Part shown: one piece after another, positions 20,281-30,400 of the stretch
Numbering within the stretch: the stretch's first letter is position 1
Layout: each line of letters begins with the position of its first letter
NCBI GenBank assembly: GCA_004431415.1
Contig: QPMI01000605.1
Span: 25,767 to 89,766 of the forward strand
DNA length: 64,000 nt
From: Cyanophora paradoxa CCMP329
Lineage: Eukaryota > Plantae > Glaucophyta
Direction: 5' to 3'
Notes under the pieces: model-generated
Databases searched by the model: none
Seen by the model: the letters and a program-made list of their open reading frames with translations, nothing else
What the model was told of the DNA's origin: nothing
Program-made: the position numbers and the translations under genes

Positions 20281-21180
20281 CTATGACCGTGAGAACGGCA
20301 AGTAGAGTCCCTCCAACTCTTTAATGACATTCTTCAATGCTTTCTTGGTCAGATCTTTATCATCTTCCGTAATGAGTTCGAGAGTCATCGACCAGTCAGT
20401 GGTAATATCCGTTTCAGCACCATTCCAGTATGTGAGACGAACTTTTAGCGTTTCCACTTCCACTAAACCATTTTGCTCATGCAGGATCATGGAATTATTC
20501 GATGAATCGTATTTTAGCAGACTGCCTACCGTTTGGTCAATCTCGATTTTTGCAAGGGCTTTATCATCGCTGGTGTTCTTGCTTACATAGTTGCCTTTGA
20601 GTGGGTCAACATGAAGAAGGATGTAAGAATTGAACAGAAGATCAAGCGGTATAACACTGTCAATGTAGTAATTATAAGTATAAGCTCCAACTGTTACAGG
20701 TGAATCGAGCAGGGCAGAAGCGTATCCATTTTCAGAACTGTCAGGTCTGCGATCTGGGAAACCAAGGAAGTTCGCTAAGATCCGACTTCCAAAGGTGAGG
20801 GTAAATGTTGCATCGCACATGAACCGTAGAAACATGGTAACAGGATCATATGTAACGTAGAAATGGCGAGTATATGTAGTTCCCGCTGCTCCGTACACTT
20901 GTGAAGCTAGTTTGGCATTTAGAAGATTCACCAAACTATCCGAAGTATATGTCCCTTTCGAAATAGTGTTACTCTTGGTCTTAATTACATCCCCAGCATC
21001 ATAGGTTCCTGTAATCAAACTTCCATTCTCGCTAAGATTGTAAATGTTATTGAACATCTCAAAGTTAGTCACTCTGCAGGCTCTCACATTTTGGATTGCA
21101 TGGGGAATTTTGTAAGTAAAGTTCGTTGGGGTTCCATCATCTCGGTCCCTGGAATCAATATTGAGATAGTAACGCGTCAT
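20281..21180 (-). CDS. Minor capsid protein (penton, single jelly-roll), element B
   Basis: YLNIDSRDRDDGTPTNFTYKIP...NVRACRVTNFEMFN; C-terminal VETLKVRLTYWNG...DWSMTLEL. Divergent from the MCP across 52 bp. Confidence 0.85.
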   Translation of the reverse strand: MTRYYLNIDSRDRDDGTPTNFTYKIPHAIQNVRACRVTNFEMFNNIYNLSENGSLITGTYDAGDVIKTKSNTISKGTYTSDSLVNLLNAKLASQVYGAAGTTYTRHFYVTYDPVTMFLRFMCDATFTLTFGSRILANFLGFPDRRPDSSENGYASALLDSPVTVGAYTYNYYIDSVIPLDLLFNSYILLHVDPLKGNYVSKNTSDDKALAKIEIDQTVGSLLKYDSSNNSMILHEQNGLVEVETLKVRLTYWNGAETDITTDWSMTLELITEDDKDLTKKALKNVIKELEGLYLPFSRS

Positions 21181-21232
21181 TCTGTTTAATAAAGCATTTT
21201 AAAAATTTCTTTTGGTATTTTAAACATAAGAG

Positions 21233-22459
21233 ATGGCACTCACTGGAACTACCCTGAAGGAACTCCTCGTAACTCCCGGTTCCGATCAAATTTATCTTTC
21301 CCCTGGTCTCCAAATCGGAACCAACCCCAAATACAAACCATTCCTCGAGCAAGTTCGTCCCCGAGGCAACACTTTTGGCTTCAAGAATACCGCTTACTTC
21401 GATCTTCCTCGCAAACAACTCCTTGCTGGTGTTTCGCTCTATTTCAAGATTGCCACTGGTGGTGGTGTAGCCTGCACCCTCCCCAATGGTGGTTCTTCCT
21501 ATATTAATGAGGTCCGCTTTGTTCATGGTGGTTTCAAGTATATCATCCCTGGTGACTGGATAACTGTTAACGCTCTGATTGATAATGATCATGCTACCAT
21601 GAGCAGCATGTATGCTTCTCTTGGTTACTTCAAAGAACTTGATCGTGAAAGCACAGATGAGGCTATGGAATACATTGTGAAAATTCCCGCTGCTTTCTGG
21701 GATGATGCTTACTTCCCACTATGCACACTGGCGGATATGCCAACAATCGAGGTTGATTTCCGTGATGCTGGGATAGTCAAAGTTCCTGCTGGTGGATCTG
21801 TTACATTTGCGGATTGCTCCCTGATCTGTCAATTTGTAAACATCGCTTCGGCTGAGGCTGAGACACTTTTGAAAATGGCAAATGAACAAGGTGGCATTCG
21901 CATTCCGATCACAGAGGTCATCCACAAGAAGACACGAGCGCTCAAAACCGCTGATGCTGGTGAATCGGTTGAGGTGACACTCGCTAATGTTTCTGGTCTG
22001 GTTCATTCGATTCTCATGACAGTTCGAGAGGTGAACAAACTTAACACCTACACTCACTCTGATTTCTGTGGTCATGTTTCGGATGTTAAGATCGATCAGT
22101 TCCAGATCTTCCACAACAATCGCTCCCTGGATATCTCCAACAAACCCATTTCTGGTTTCCTCTCGGCTATCAATCACATTCCTTCTCATTACAAGGGTGT
22201 TACTGTTGGCAATACTACTTATGGATTCGAGAATGGAAATATTTACGGAATCGTTCTTTCCAAATCTGGAAAAGATTCGCTTCGGAACAGTGTTATGGGT
22301 TACCAGGATTTCTTCAACAGCAGTTCCAGTTACATGGATCTCACTGTTTCGGGATGCACTGATGCTGCTCCTGTTCAGGTTGATATCTATGCCCTACGAC
22401 ACAATGTTATGGTCCTCAATGGCTACAACATCTCTACCCTGAAAGTCTCGAACTTCTAA
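21233..22459 (+). CDS. Double jelly-roll major capsid protein, element B
   Basis: 408 aa, flanked by penton and ATPase. FDLPR, YFPLCTL...IEVDFRD, GLVHSILMTVR and terminal VDIYALRHNVMVL echo NCLDV/PLV-type MCP motifs. Confidence 0.85.
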   Translation: MALTGTTLKELLVTPGSDQIYLSPGLQIGTNPKYKPFLEQVRPRGNTFGFKNTAYFDLPRKQLLAGVSLYFKIATGGGVACTLPNGGSSYINEVRFVHGGFKYIIPGDWITVNALIDNDHATMSSMYASLGYFKELDRESTDEAMEYIVKIPAAFWDDAYFPLCTLADMPTIEVDFRDAGIVKVPAGGSVTFADCSLICQFVNIASAEAETLLKMANEQGGIRIPITEVIHKKTRALKTADAGESVEVTLANVSGLVHSILMTVREVNKLNTYTHSDFCGHVSDVKIDQFQIFHNNRSLDISNKPISGFLSAINHIPSHYKGVTVGNTTYGFENGNIYGIVLSKSGKDSLRNSVMGYQDFFNSSSSYMDLTVSGCTDAAPVQVDIYALRHNVMVLNGYNISTLKVSNF

Positions 22460-22539
22460 AGTTCTTTTTCTTTCGTTATAGTAGAAAGCTCAAAATTAGT
22501 AGGTAAGGGGTTTATTTTGTTTTTTATCTTATTACTGTA

Positions 22540-23307
22540 ATGGATAACACAGGAATGGATATTGATTTGAATGACATCCCAGAGTTTGAGCCTGCAAGAA
22601 CAGTTAAATTAAGCACGCGTTTTTTATTATGTGGACGCAGCAATTCTGGTAAGACAACTTACTGCAAATATCTACTTTATGAACTGAGGGATAAGATCGA
22701 TCAGATTGTAGTCTTTAGTTCTACTGCGTTTACTGGTCAATTCAGAGATATAACGCATCCTGATAATATCTATGAGGAATGGGACGATAATGTAGTAGTG
22801 AAACTCATTAGCATGCAAAAGAAACGAATTGAGAATAATGAGAAGCGTAATAATTTGGTTATAATCTTAGACGATATGATCGGTTCTTCTTTGGATATGC
22901 ATAATTCGGCTGTGTTATCTAAATTGATCACTACAGCCCGTCATTATTCGATTACAGTAATTATTAATACTCAACGTTTATGCTCAATTTCTACTACGAT
23001 TCGTCGAAATGTTGAGTTCGTAGTATTTTTCAATATTCTCGGGAATGAGAAGGAGTTTAACTGCGCTTATGATGAGTATAATGGGGGTCTTGATAAAAAG
23101 ACCTACAAGGAATTGCATAGACTGTGGGGTTATAACTACCAAACAGTCATAACTGGATTGCAAGGGTATGATATAAAAGTATACACAGACCGGGCAATAT
23201 TAACAGATGATGATATGAAGGGCTTTAAGAAGTTTGTTAAGAGACGAGCGATAAAAAAGAGAGAATCAATAAGAATTAGTAATGAACCTACGACGATTAC
23301 GGTTTAA
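22540..23307 (+). CDS. A32-like (FtsK-HerA superfamily) DNA packaging ATPase
   Basis: Walker A GRSNSGKT, Walker B VIILDD, ARHYSITVIINTQ, IRRN. Confidence 0.93.
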   Translation: MDNTGMDIDLNDIPEFEPARTVKLSTRFLLCGRSNSGKTTYCKYLLYELRDKIDQIVVFSSTAFTGQFRDITHPDNIYEEWDDNVVVKLISMQKKRIENNEKRNNLVIILDDMIGSSLDMHNSAVLSKLITTARHYSITVIINTQRLCSISTTIRRNVEFVVFFNILGNEKEFNCAYDEYNGGLDKKTYKELHRLWGYNYQTVITGLQGYDIKVYTDRAILTDDDMKGFKKFVKRRAIKKRESIRISNEPTTITV

Positions 23308-23941
23308 TTTGGTCTTCTCAGATCTTCTACCTGTTCGAGTGTTACGTAATCTTCTGCTCTTTTCTTAATTGCTTTTGTGGCTCTCCCACTCAATTGTGTG
23401 ATGTTTACATTACTGATATGCTGTGTTATCTCGTTTCCTATTATCTTACGACGATCGATTGGTGATAAATCGGGATCGTTAAATAGGTCTCACTTTGATG
23501 TGATAAATTCATGGGACAGGATTGTATGCGTCATGGTCACAGGTTGTGGGTTTGTTTTTTGTGACTCGTCATTTTTTTGCCCGATGCGGCAAATTGCTTT
23601 AAAAAGAATTGCTGACGCTTTCGCTGCTGCTCAAACGGAGTATTTCGAATGCATTCTTTTGGAACTTCGTGACATCCTTCCCATTTAATGGTCTCATTCT
23701 TTGATAGAATAAATACGATTTGGAAAGGATCATAATTATCATCAATTAACACAGAAGAAAAGTAACCCGGTGAATCCTCCTTTTTAACGGATTTCATACA
23801 GTTTTCCAAAGCGTTTATGGTCATATTGAAATCATTCCAATGAAACCAATATTTTTTTATCACCTCTTTCAATTCATTCGCTGTTTTCACTTGATTAAAA
23901 AGAGCGGTTGCGGTATCACGGGAAATAGTAATGAAACTCAT
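23304..23941 (-). CDS. Hypothetical protein (frameshifted)
   Basis: ORF 23537-23941 appears to continue in another frame (DLFNDPDLSPIDRRKIIGNEI...EDLRRPN*) to a stop that overlaps the ATPase stop. Confidence 0.5.
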
Positions 23942-24168
23942 GTTTATAATGTAAATATCTTTATTTTTATAACGTCATTTTTTGCATGAATAGAAGCGGA
24001 GTAATGGCGGATTATTTTTATTTTCAGACTGAGAATGGTTTAGATTTTATCGATTGAAGGATATCGGGAATCTCGTCGATTGAATACTGAGATTACTGAG
24101 TTTCTCGATTGGATTACTGAGAATCATACGGATATTGTGAAAAGCAGTGAAATATATTGGGGTAATTT

Positions 24169-24438
24169 TTGGGTGTAATGCATATAACTTCGATTGATTA
24201 GATTTTAGATATAACTTCGATTAAATAAGATTTAAGATATAACTTCGATTAATTAATTTAAGATATAACTTCGATTAATAAGATTTAAGATATAACTTCG
24301 ATTAAATAAAATAGATTGTGACTGAGGCTTACTGAGATTTACTGAGATTGGGGATTGGGTTACTGGGAATCATGCGGATATTGCTTGAAGGGGCAAATTA
24401 TATTGGGGTAATTTTTGGGTGTAATGCTCACAGCTCAG
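24169..24438 (-). repeat. Right terminal inverted repeat of element B (270 bp)
   Basis: Reverse complement of 13136-13405. Preceded by a diverged direct copy of its own outer ~95 bp at ~24085-24180. Confidence 0.95.
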
Positions 24439-27400
24439 ACGCTGTACAGAAGAATCTTGGTCTTTGCATCGCAGACGAAGGTCGCAGCCGGAACGGGATT
24501 GTCGTTGTCCATCGCGGCGTTGTAGAAAGTGCACTTGACCAACTGAAAGCCAAGCCGTGGTGAGGAAAATTACAACAGGTCGAGCGGTTAGAACATTAGC
24601 GCATACCCGATTCTCCGCGAATAAGTGGCGCCACGTACTCGAAAAAAAAACACGCGCGTCGCCTCGCGCGAGCGTCAAACTCCCCGCATGCTAGCTAGCT
24701 GCATGCTCACAGATCCCGACGCCTAATTACATGGCCCCGCAGTCAGACGCATGGCGGGCCAATGACTACGTCGCCAACGTCTGAATATTTACATCGGTTT
24801 GACAAGATGGCGCGCGAGACCGACAGCAACGCTTTGCTTTAAGCATCGAAAACTACCCAGATTTCCCACGACTGTTGCTATTGCAACTGGCCTGCCTCAC
24901 CAAATAGCGCGAGCCAGGAACGCTGTGCAATATCGTTAATTATGCTCCGAGGCTCTCGATTTAGTGATTCCGAGTGCGAGCACCTCCGCAGCCGCTGCAC
25001 GTACGCTCGCGAAGAATCGAGCGCCGAACGAAAGGGATATAGACGTCGTGTACATGCGAGTCTTCGTACTCGACAGCGAAGAACCGCGCCGGGAGAGCTG
25101 TACTGGACGCCGCACCGTCGAGCCCATTCGCAGACATGATGTCGATATTCTGCACGCAGAGGCGCGCGCGACAAAACCAAAATAAGCGATGGCATCGGTG
25201 CGCGAGATTCGAAAGCGCCGCAGATAAATTTCAACGAGAACAGCACCGGCCGCGAACTTAACTCCGAAGGATACTGCAACTGATGCCAGCTATCGAGACC
25301 GCAATAACTCCCGTAGAGAAAAGTTGCGCAATAATGTTTTCAATCGCTACCCATTCCTAATTCTTCTCCTGCTTAAATTCCCTTAATCCACTCCTTCCCT
25401 CTAGCACCCTCCGAAATAACTGCAGCGACTACAGTCCGTACTTACGTACCTGAAACAGAACTTCTCCCCTCAAATCATTTCTCCTTCACAGACGTTACTT
25501 GCGGTCGGCAATTAGTCTGCCCGAACTGCGGTCTCAAACGCGTTCAGTGCTCTCCGTCACGGCTCACATCGCCCATCAGCCTCAAAATATTCAAGCGAGC
25601 GCAGCATGGCATTCCAATCGAGCACCGAGGCGGTCTCAACCGTCGCCGCCACCGAGATCAAAAATACACCATCTGCTTGCGACCGGTCCGAGCGCGCCGC
25701 TCGCGCAACCGGCAAGAGCACGCATACTGCGTGTAAGTTAATTCTAATGTCTCTGCCCATATCCATCCACCTCCGATCACGCATGCAGGCGTTACTGGGA
25801 TAATCACTGGCGAATTTCCTCAACGCACGCGCGCCGGAATGTATGCACTACGCGTCGCGACGGGAGACGATTTTCGATAGTGCGCGCACGCTCGCTTAAC
25901 ACGCGATGCGTGCGTTCACGGCGTCCCAGTGCGGAGCGCATCGTCAACATCCCCGTGCCCACCGAAGAGCAGCTCGCGATCGTCGCTGACACCATGGACC
26001 TCGACGCCTCGGGTGCGCCGATAATCAATGTACTTGAGTTAACACCTGAAAGAAAAGATAAAGTGCCTCAGAGGATAATAATGTACTTGTCTTCGCAGAT
26101 AAAGTGACCTCGATAAAGTGAATATCCCCGTCCCTGTGCTTGCAGATTGAAACTTCTTGTTCAATCAACTCGAATAAATATTACGTGTGTACTCGCTAGG
26201 CTGGACTCGCTCCTCGCTATATATACGGTAGCCAGCGAGCCAACTGTGACAGCCGCGAGGGCGGCCGCGAGGCTTCGCCGTACTTAGTGCTCCGCAGGAG
26301 CACGGATCTTGTCTCAAACCCAAAAACCGACGATGTAAATTCCTTTTTTAACCTTTTTTTCCACTCGAGATCCCCCCTGCTAAATAATTTCCGTGTCGCA
26401 CTCCCTCGAGGCAGAATTATTAATTCTGCCTCGACACGGACGCGATTGCTGCGAGTCACTCACCCACCCGAACCCCCACAGACCTCTCTAGATCCATTTT
26501 TAGCGTCCTGGCTCCCCTAAGACGACCGCTCCCCCGTGGGCGTCGCGCGAATATCGAATTTCCCTCTGGATCAATTCCGGTACTTAACCTCCGACAAACG
26601 CGGTCCGGGTCAGAAGGTGGGACCCGGTCCCGCCCGGTCCCGCGACGAAATCGCGCCGGGGACGCCCCAGAACGATACAGAATGAGAGCCAAGGGCGCGC
26701 GCATCGCCGCAAGCTCGATTTCGGGCGCCGTCGACGCTCCAGTGCGAAGAGTCGGCCGAAAATCTGATCCTGCCGGTTCCGTCCGGTCCTGCGGCGCGCG
26801 CAATCGATGCGTACTCGCGCGCATAGACATAGCAAGGCCTGCACCGTGGCACATCCCAGAAATCCGCTTTTCGGAACCGGAACAGTGCAGGAAGGTACCG
26901 GACAGCAAAAATTCGATCCTGCACAGGCCCGGGCATCTTTCCGCGCGCCCACGCCGCCGCGCATCCGCGGGACAGTAGCATAAGCATTTGACATGTAGAC
27001 GAAGCATTCTGCATGCGTTACAGATGCGCCAGGCCGCGAGGACCCAGCCGACCCCGAAAATTCGATCCTGGACGGACCTGAACATGTTTCTTTGCGCCCG
27101 CACATCCTCACGCATGCGCATCGCCAGTACTACGGTATATTCATTTGAGAGCTTTCTAAGGCTTTAAGCACGCTCTGCGGGCACCACAGAGCACGAGAAC
27201 CCAGCCGATGTAAAAATTGGATCCTGGCCAGGCCTGGGCATATTTCCAGATATCCGCTTTTCGGAGCCGGAACAGCGCAGCAAGGTGCCCGGCGGCAAAC
27301 ATTCGATCCTGCCCAGCCCCGGACATCTTTCCCCGCGCCCACGCCGCGGCGCATGCATGGAACAATAGCATAAGCATCTGAGATGTAGATGAAGCATTCT

Positions 27401-30400
27401 GCACGCTTTACAGATCCGCCGGGCCGCGAGAACCCAGCCGACCCCGAGTTTTCAAAGCCTTTCGCAAGCTCTGCGGACGCGATGGAGTACGAGAACCCAG
27501 CCGACGCAAAATTTTCGATCCATGACCCATGGCCTGCCAGGCTGGCCTGGGCCCGCGTGGGCGGCGTGGCCTGGGGCTGGCTCAGCTAGCGTTTCCACAG
27601 GCTAGGGCCACTGGGCCAGCCGGCCATGGCCACGGGCCAGACAGCTAGATAGCCAACCAGCCTACTGTGACAGCCGTGAGGGCGTCTGCGAGGCTTCGCC
27701 GTACTTAGTGCTCCGCAGGAGCACGGCTCTTGTCCGTAGATCGATGGTGAACGTGCGGATTTATTTTTTTCCAATCGAGTCCGATTCATCCGAGCGTCCA
27801 GACTCGCAACCTCCACAATGAAGGCGAACGGTCTCCGACGTCACTTGGCTCGACACGGACATTACACTTATTTTTGGACTCGTGGCTCCCCTCAAATTCA
27901 GTCTGCACTCCTGGGTCCCCGCGCGAAAATCGAATTTTCCCACCTTGATCGATTCCGGTATATATACCGCGGTTCGATCGCGAAATTCCAAAAAGTGGGA
28001 CCCGGTCCCGCCCGGTCCCGCAACGAAAGCGCGCCAGGGACGCTCCAGAGCGGTCACAATGACAGCGAAGAGCACGCGTACCGCAGCAAGCTCGATTTCG
28101 GGCACCCTCGATGCTCCAGTCCGAAGAGTCGGCCGCAAATCTGATCCTGCCGGTTCCGGCCGGTCCCAGGACGCGCGCATTCGATGCGTACTGGCGCGCA
28201 TAGACATAGCAGAGCCTGCGCATCCCAGAAATCCGCTTTCCGGAGGCGGAACAGTGCAGGAAGGCAAAAATTCGATCCTTCACAGGCCTGGACGTCGACA
28301 TCTTTCCGCACGCCGACGCCGCGGCGCATGCGCGGATCAATACTATAAGCATTTCAGATGTAGAAGAAGCCTTTTGCACGGTCTCTAAATGCGCCGGGCC
28401 GCGAGGACCCAGCCGACCCCGAAAATTCGATCCTGGACGGGCCTGAACATCTTTCCGCGCACCCTCGGATCCTCACGCATGCCCATCGCTACAGTATTCC
28501 TTTGAGACCTCTACAAAGGCTTTCGCAAGCTCCGTGGCGGCGAGACAGCACGAGAACCCAGCCCACGCCAAATTTTCGATCCTGGACACGCCTACACATA
28601 TTTCCGCGCGCCCTCGCCTCCACACCCCGCACCAATTCCCCTAATTACAAAATTATATTCTCTCAGGAAATCTCCTCTCAGGACAACTCCTCCCCTAATT
28701 ATATTCCCTCTCAGGATCCCTCCCCTCCCCTTTAATTTCATCGCCCCGCCAGGCCCCACCGGCCCAGCCACGACGGCCCGCGATAAATAAGGGGACCGGG
28801 ACGGGGACCGCGGCGACTCATGAAATAAATACGGGTGGGGCCACGACGGACCGCGATGAACAAGGGAGACGCGAAGGGGGCGGCAAGGGCTTCGCCCGAT
28901 GTTTGGGACCCGCAGGGGCCCAGGGCTTGTCGGGCGAAGCCTCTTCCGTAGGTCGATGGTGAACGGGCGGATCTATTTTTTTTCCAATCGAGTCCGATTC
29001 ATCCGAGTGTCCAGATTCGCAACCTCCGCAATGAAGGCGAACGGTCTCCGACGTGACACAGTAGAACTGACAGGCGCCCAACCTCCGCTGATTTATTTTC
29101 GCACTCACACCTCCCCTAGAATTCCGCCCATGAGCGTCGCGCGAAAATCGCATTTCCCTCACGGATCAATTCCGGTATTTATACCCAGGCGCGATCGCGA
29201 AACCCCAAAAAGTGGGACCCGGTCCCGCCCGGTCCCTCGACGGAAGCGCGCCACAGACACTCCAGAGCAATGCAAAATGACAGAACAGGGCGCGCGCATC
29301 GCTGCAAGCTCGATTTCGGCCGCCATCGACGCTCCAGTCCGAAGAGTCGGCCGAAATTTTGATCCATTCGGTTCCGTCCGGTCCCCCGGCGCGCGCAATC
29401 GATGCGTACTGGCGCGCATAGACATAGGAGGGCCTGCGCACTCCAGATATCCGCTTTTCGGAGCCGGAACAGCACAGAAAGGTCCCTCACGGCGAAAATT
29501 CGATCCAGCACAGCCCCGGACATCTTTCCGCGCGCCAACGCCGCGGGCATGCGCGGATCAATAGCATATATATGCCTTTGAGATGTAGAAGAAGCCTTTT
29601 GCACGGTCTCCAAATGCGCCGGGCCGCGAGGACCCAGCCGACCCCCAAAATTCGATCCTCGACAGGCCTGAACATCTTTTCGCGCGCCCTCGCGTCCTCA
29701 CCCATGCCCCTCGCTACAGTATTCATTTTAGAGCTTTTCAAAGCCTTCTCCAACCTCTGCGGACGCGACGGAGCACGAGCAGCCAGCCGACACGAGAAGT
29801 TCGATCCTGGACAGGCCTGCACATATTTCTGCTTGCCCTCGCCTCCGCAGCCCTGGACATCGATCATGTATGTATCCGAGAGTCTGTTTAAGCGATTCAC
29901 AAACTCTGCGCATGCGCCTGGCCGCGAGAACCTCGCCCCTTCCCTCAACAATCTTCTCTCAATTTCCTCAGGGCCTCGAGCTCAACTACAGCTAGCTGAT
30001 TGGCAGCACCACTCCTCCCCTCATTATATTCTCTCTCATGATCAGCTGCACCAATTCTCCTTATTACAGAATTATATTCTCTCAGAACAACTCCTCTCAG
30101 GCCTGCCTCGCGATAAACTTGAAATAAGGGGACCAGGACGGGGACCGCGGCGATAAATAAGGGGACCAGGACGGGGACCCTTGCGACTCATGATTTAGGG
30201 TACGGGGAGGGGCGGGCCGCGACGGACCGCGATGCAAAAGGGGGACGCGAAGGGGGCGGCAGAGGCTTCGCCCGATGTTTGGGACCCGCAGGGGCCCAGG
30301 GCTTGTCGGGCGAAGCCTCTTCAGGCGAAGCCTCTTTCTCAAACCCAAAAACCAACGAGCCAAATTCCTTTTTTAACCTTTTTTTCCACTCGAGATCCCC

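Larger units (their letters stand above)
13136..24438. mobile_element. Complete 11.3-kb endogenous Polinton-like virus, element B
   Basis: 270-bp TIRs enclose integrase, PolB-helicase polyprotein, penton, MCP, packaging ATPase and three unknown ORFs. GC content rises abruptly after 24438. Confidence 0.92.

Noticed and set aside
24182-24303. Possible CRISPR array
   Set aside because: The period is only 26-28 bp, the intervening bases are near-identical rather than unique spacers, and there are no cas genes.
1-24438. A single virus with two MCP paralogues
   Set aside because: B is self-contained between its own TIRs and differs from A in CpG context, so two elements is the simpler reading. 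Joint mobilisation is not excluded.
24550-26200. Host gene between element B and the satellite
   Set aside because: Only short coding-looking patches (e.g. 25940-26060) are present, with no recognisable domain or consistent exon chain.
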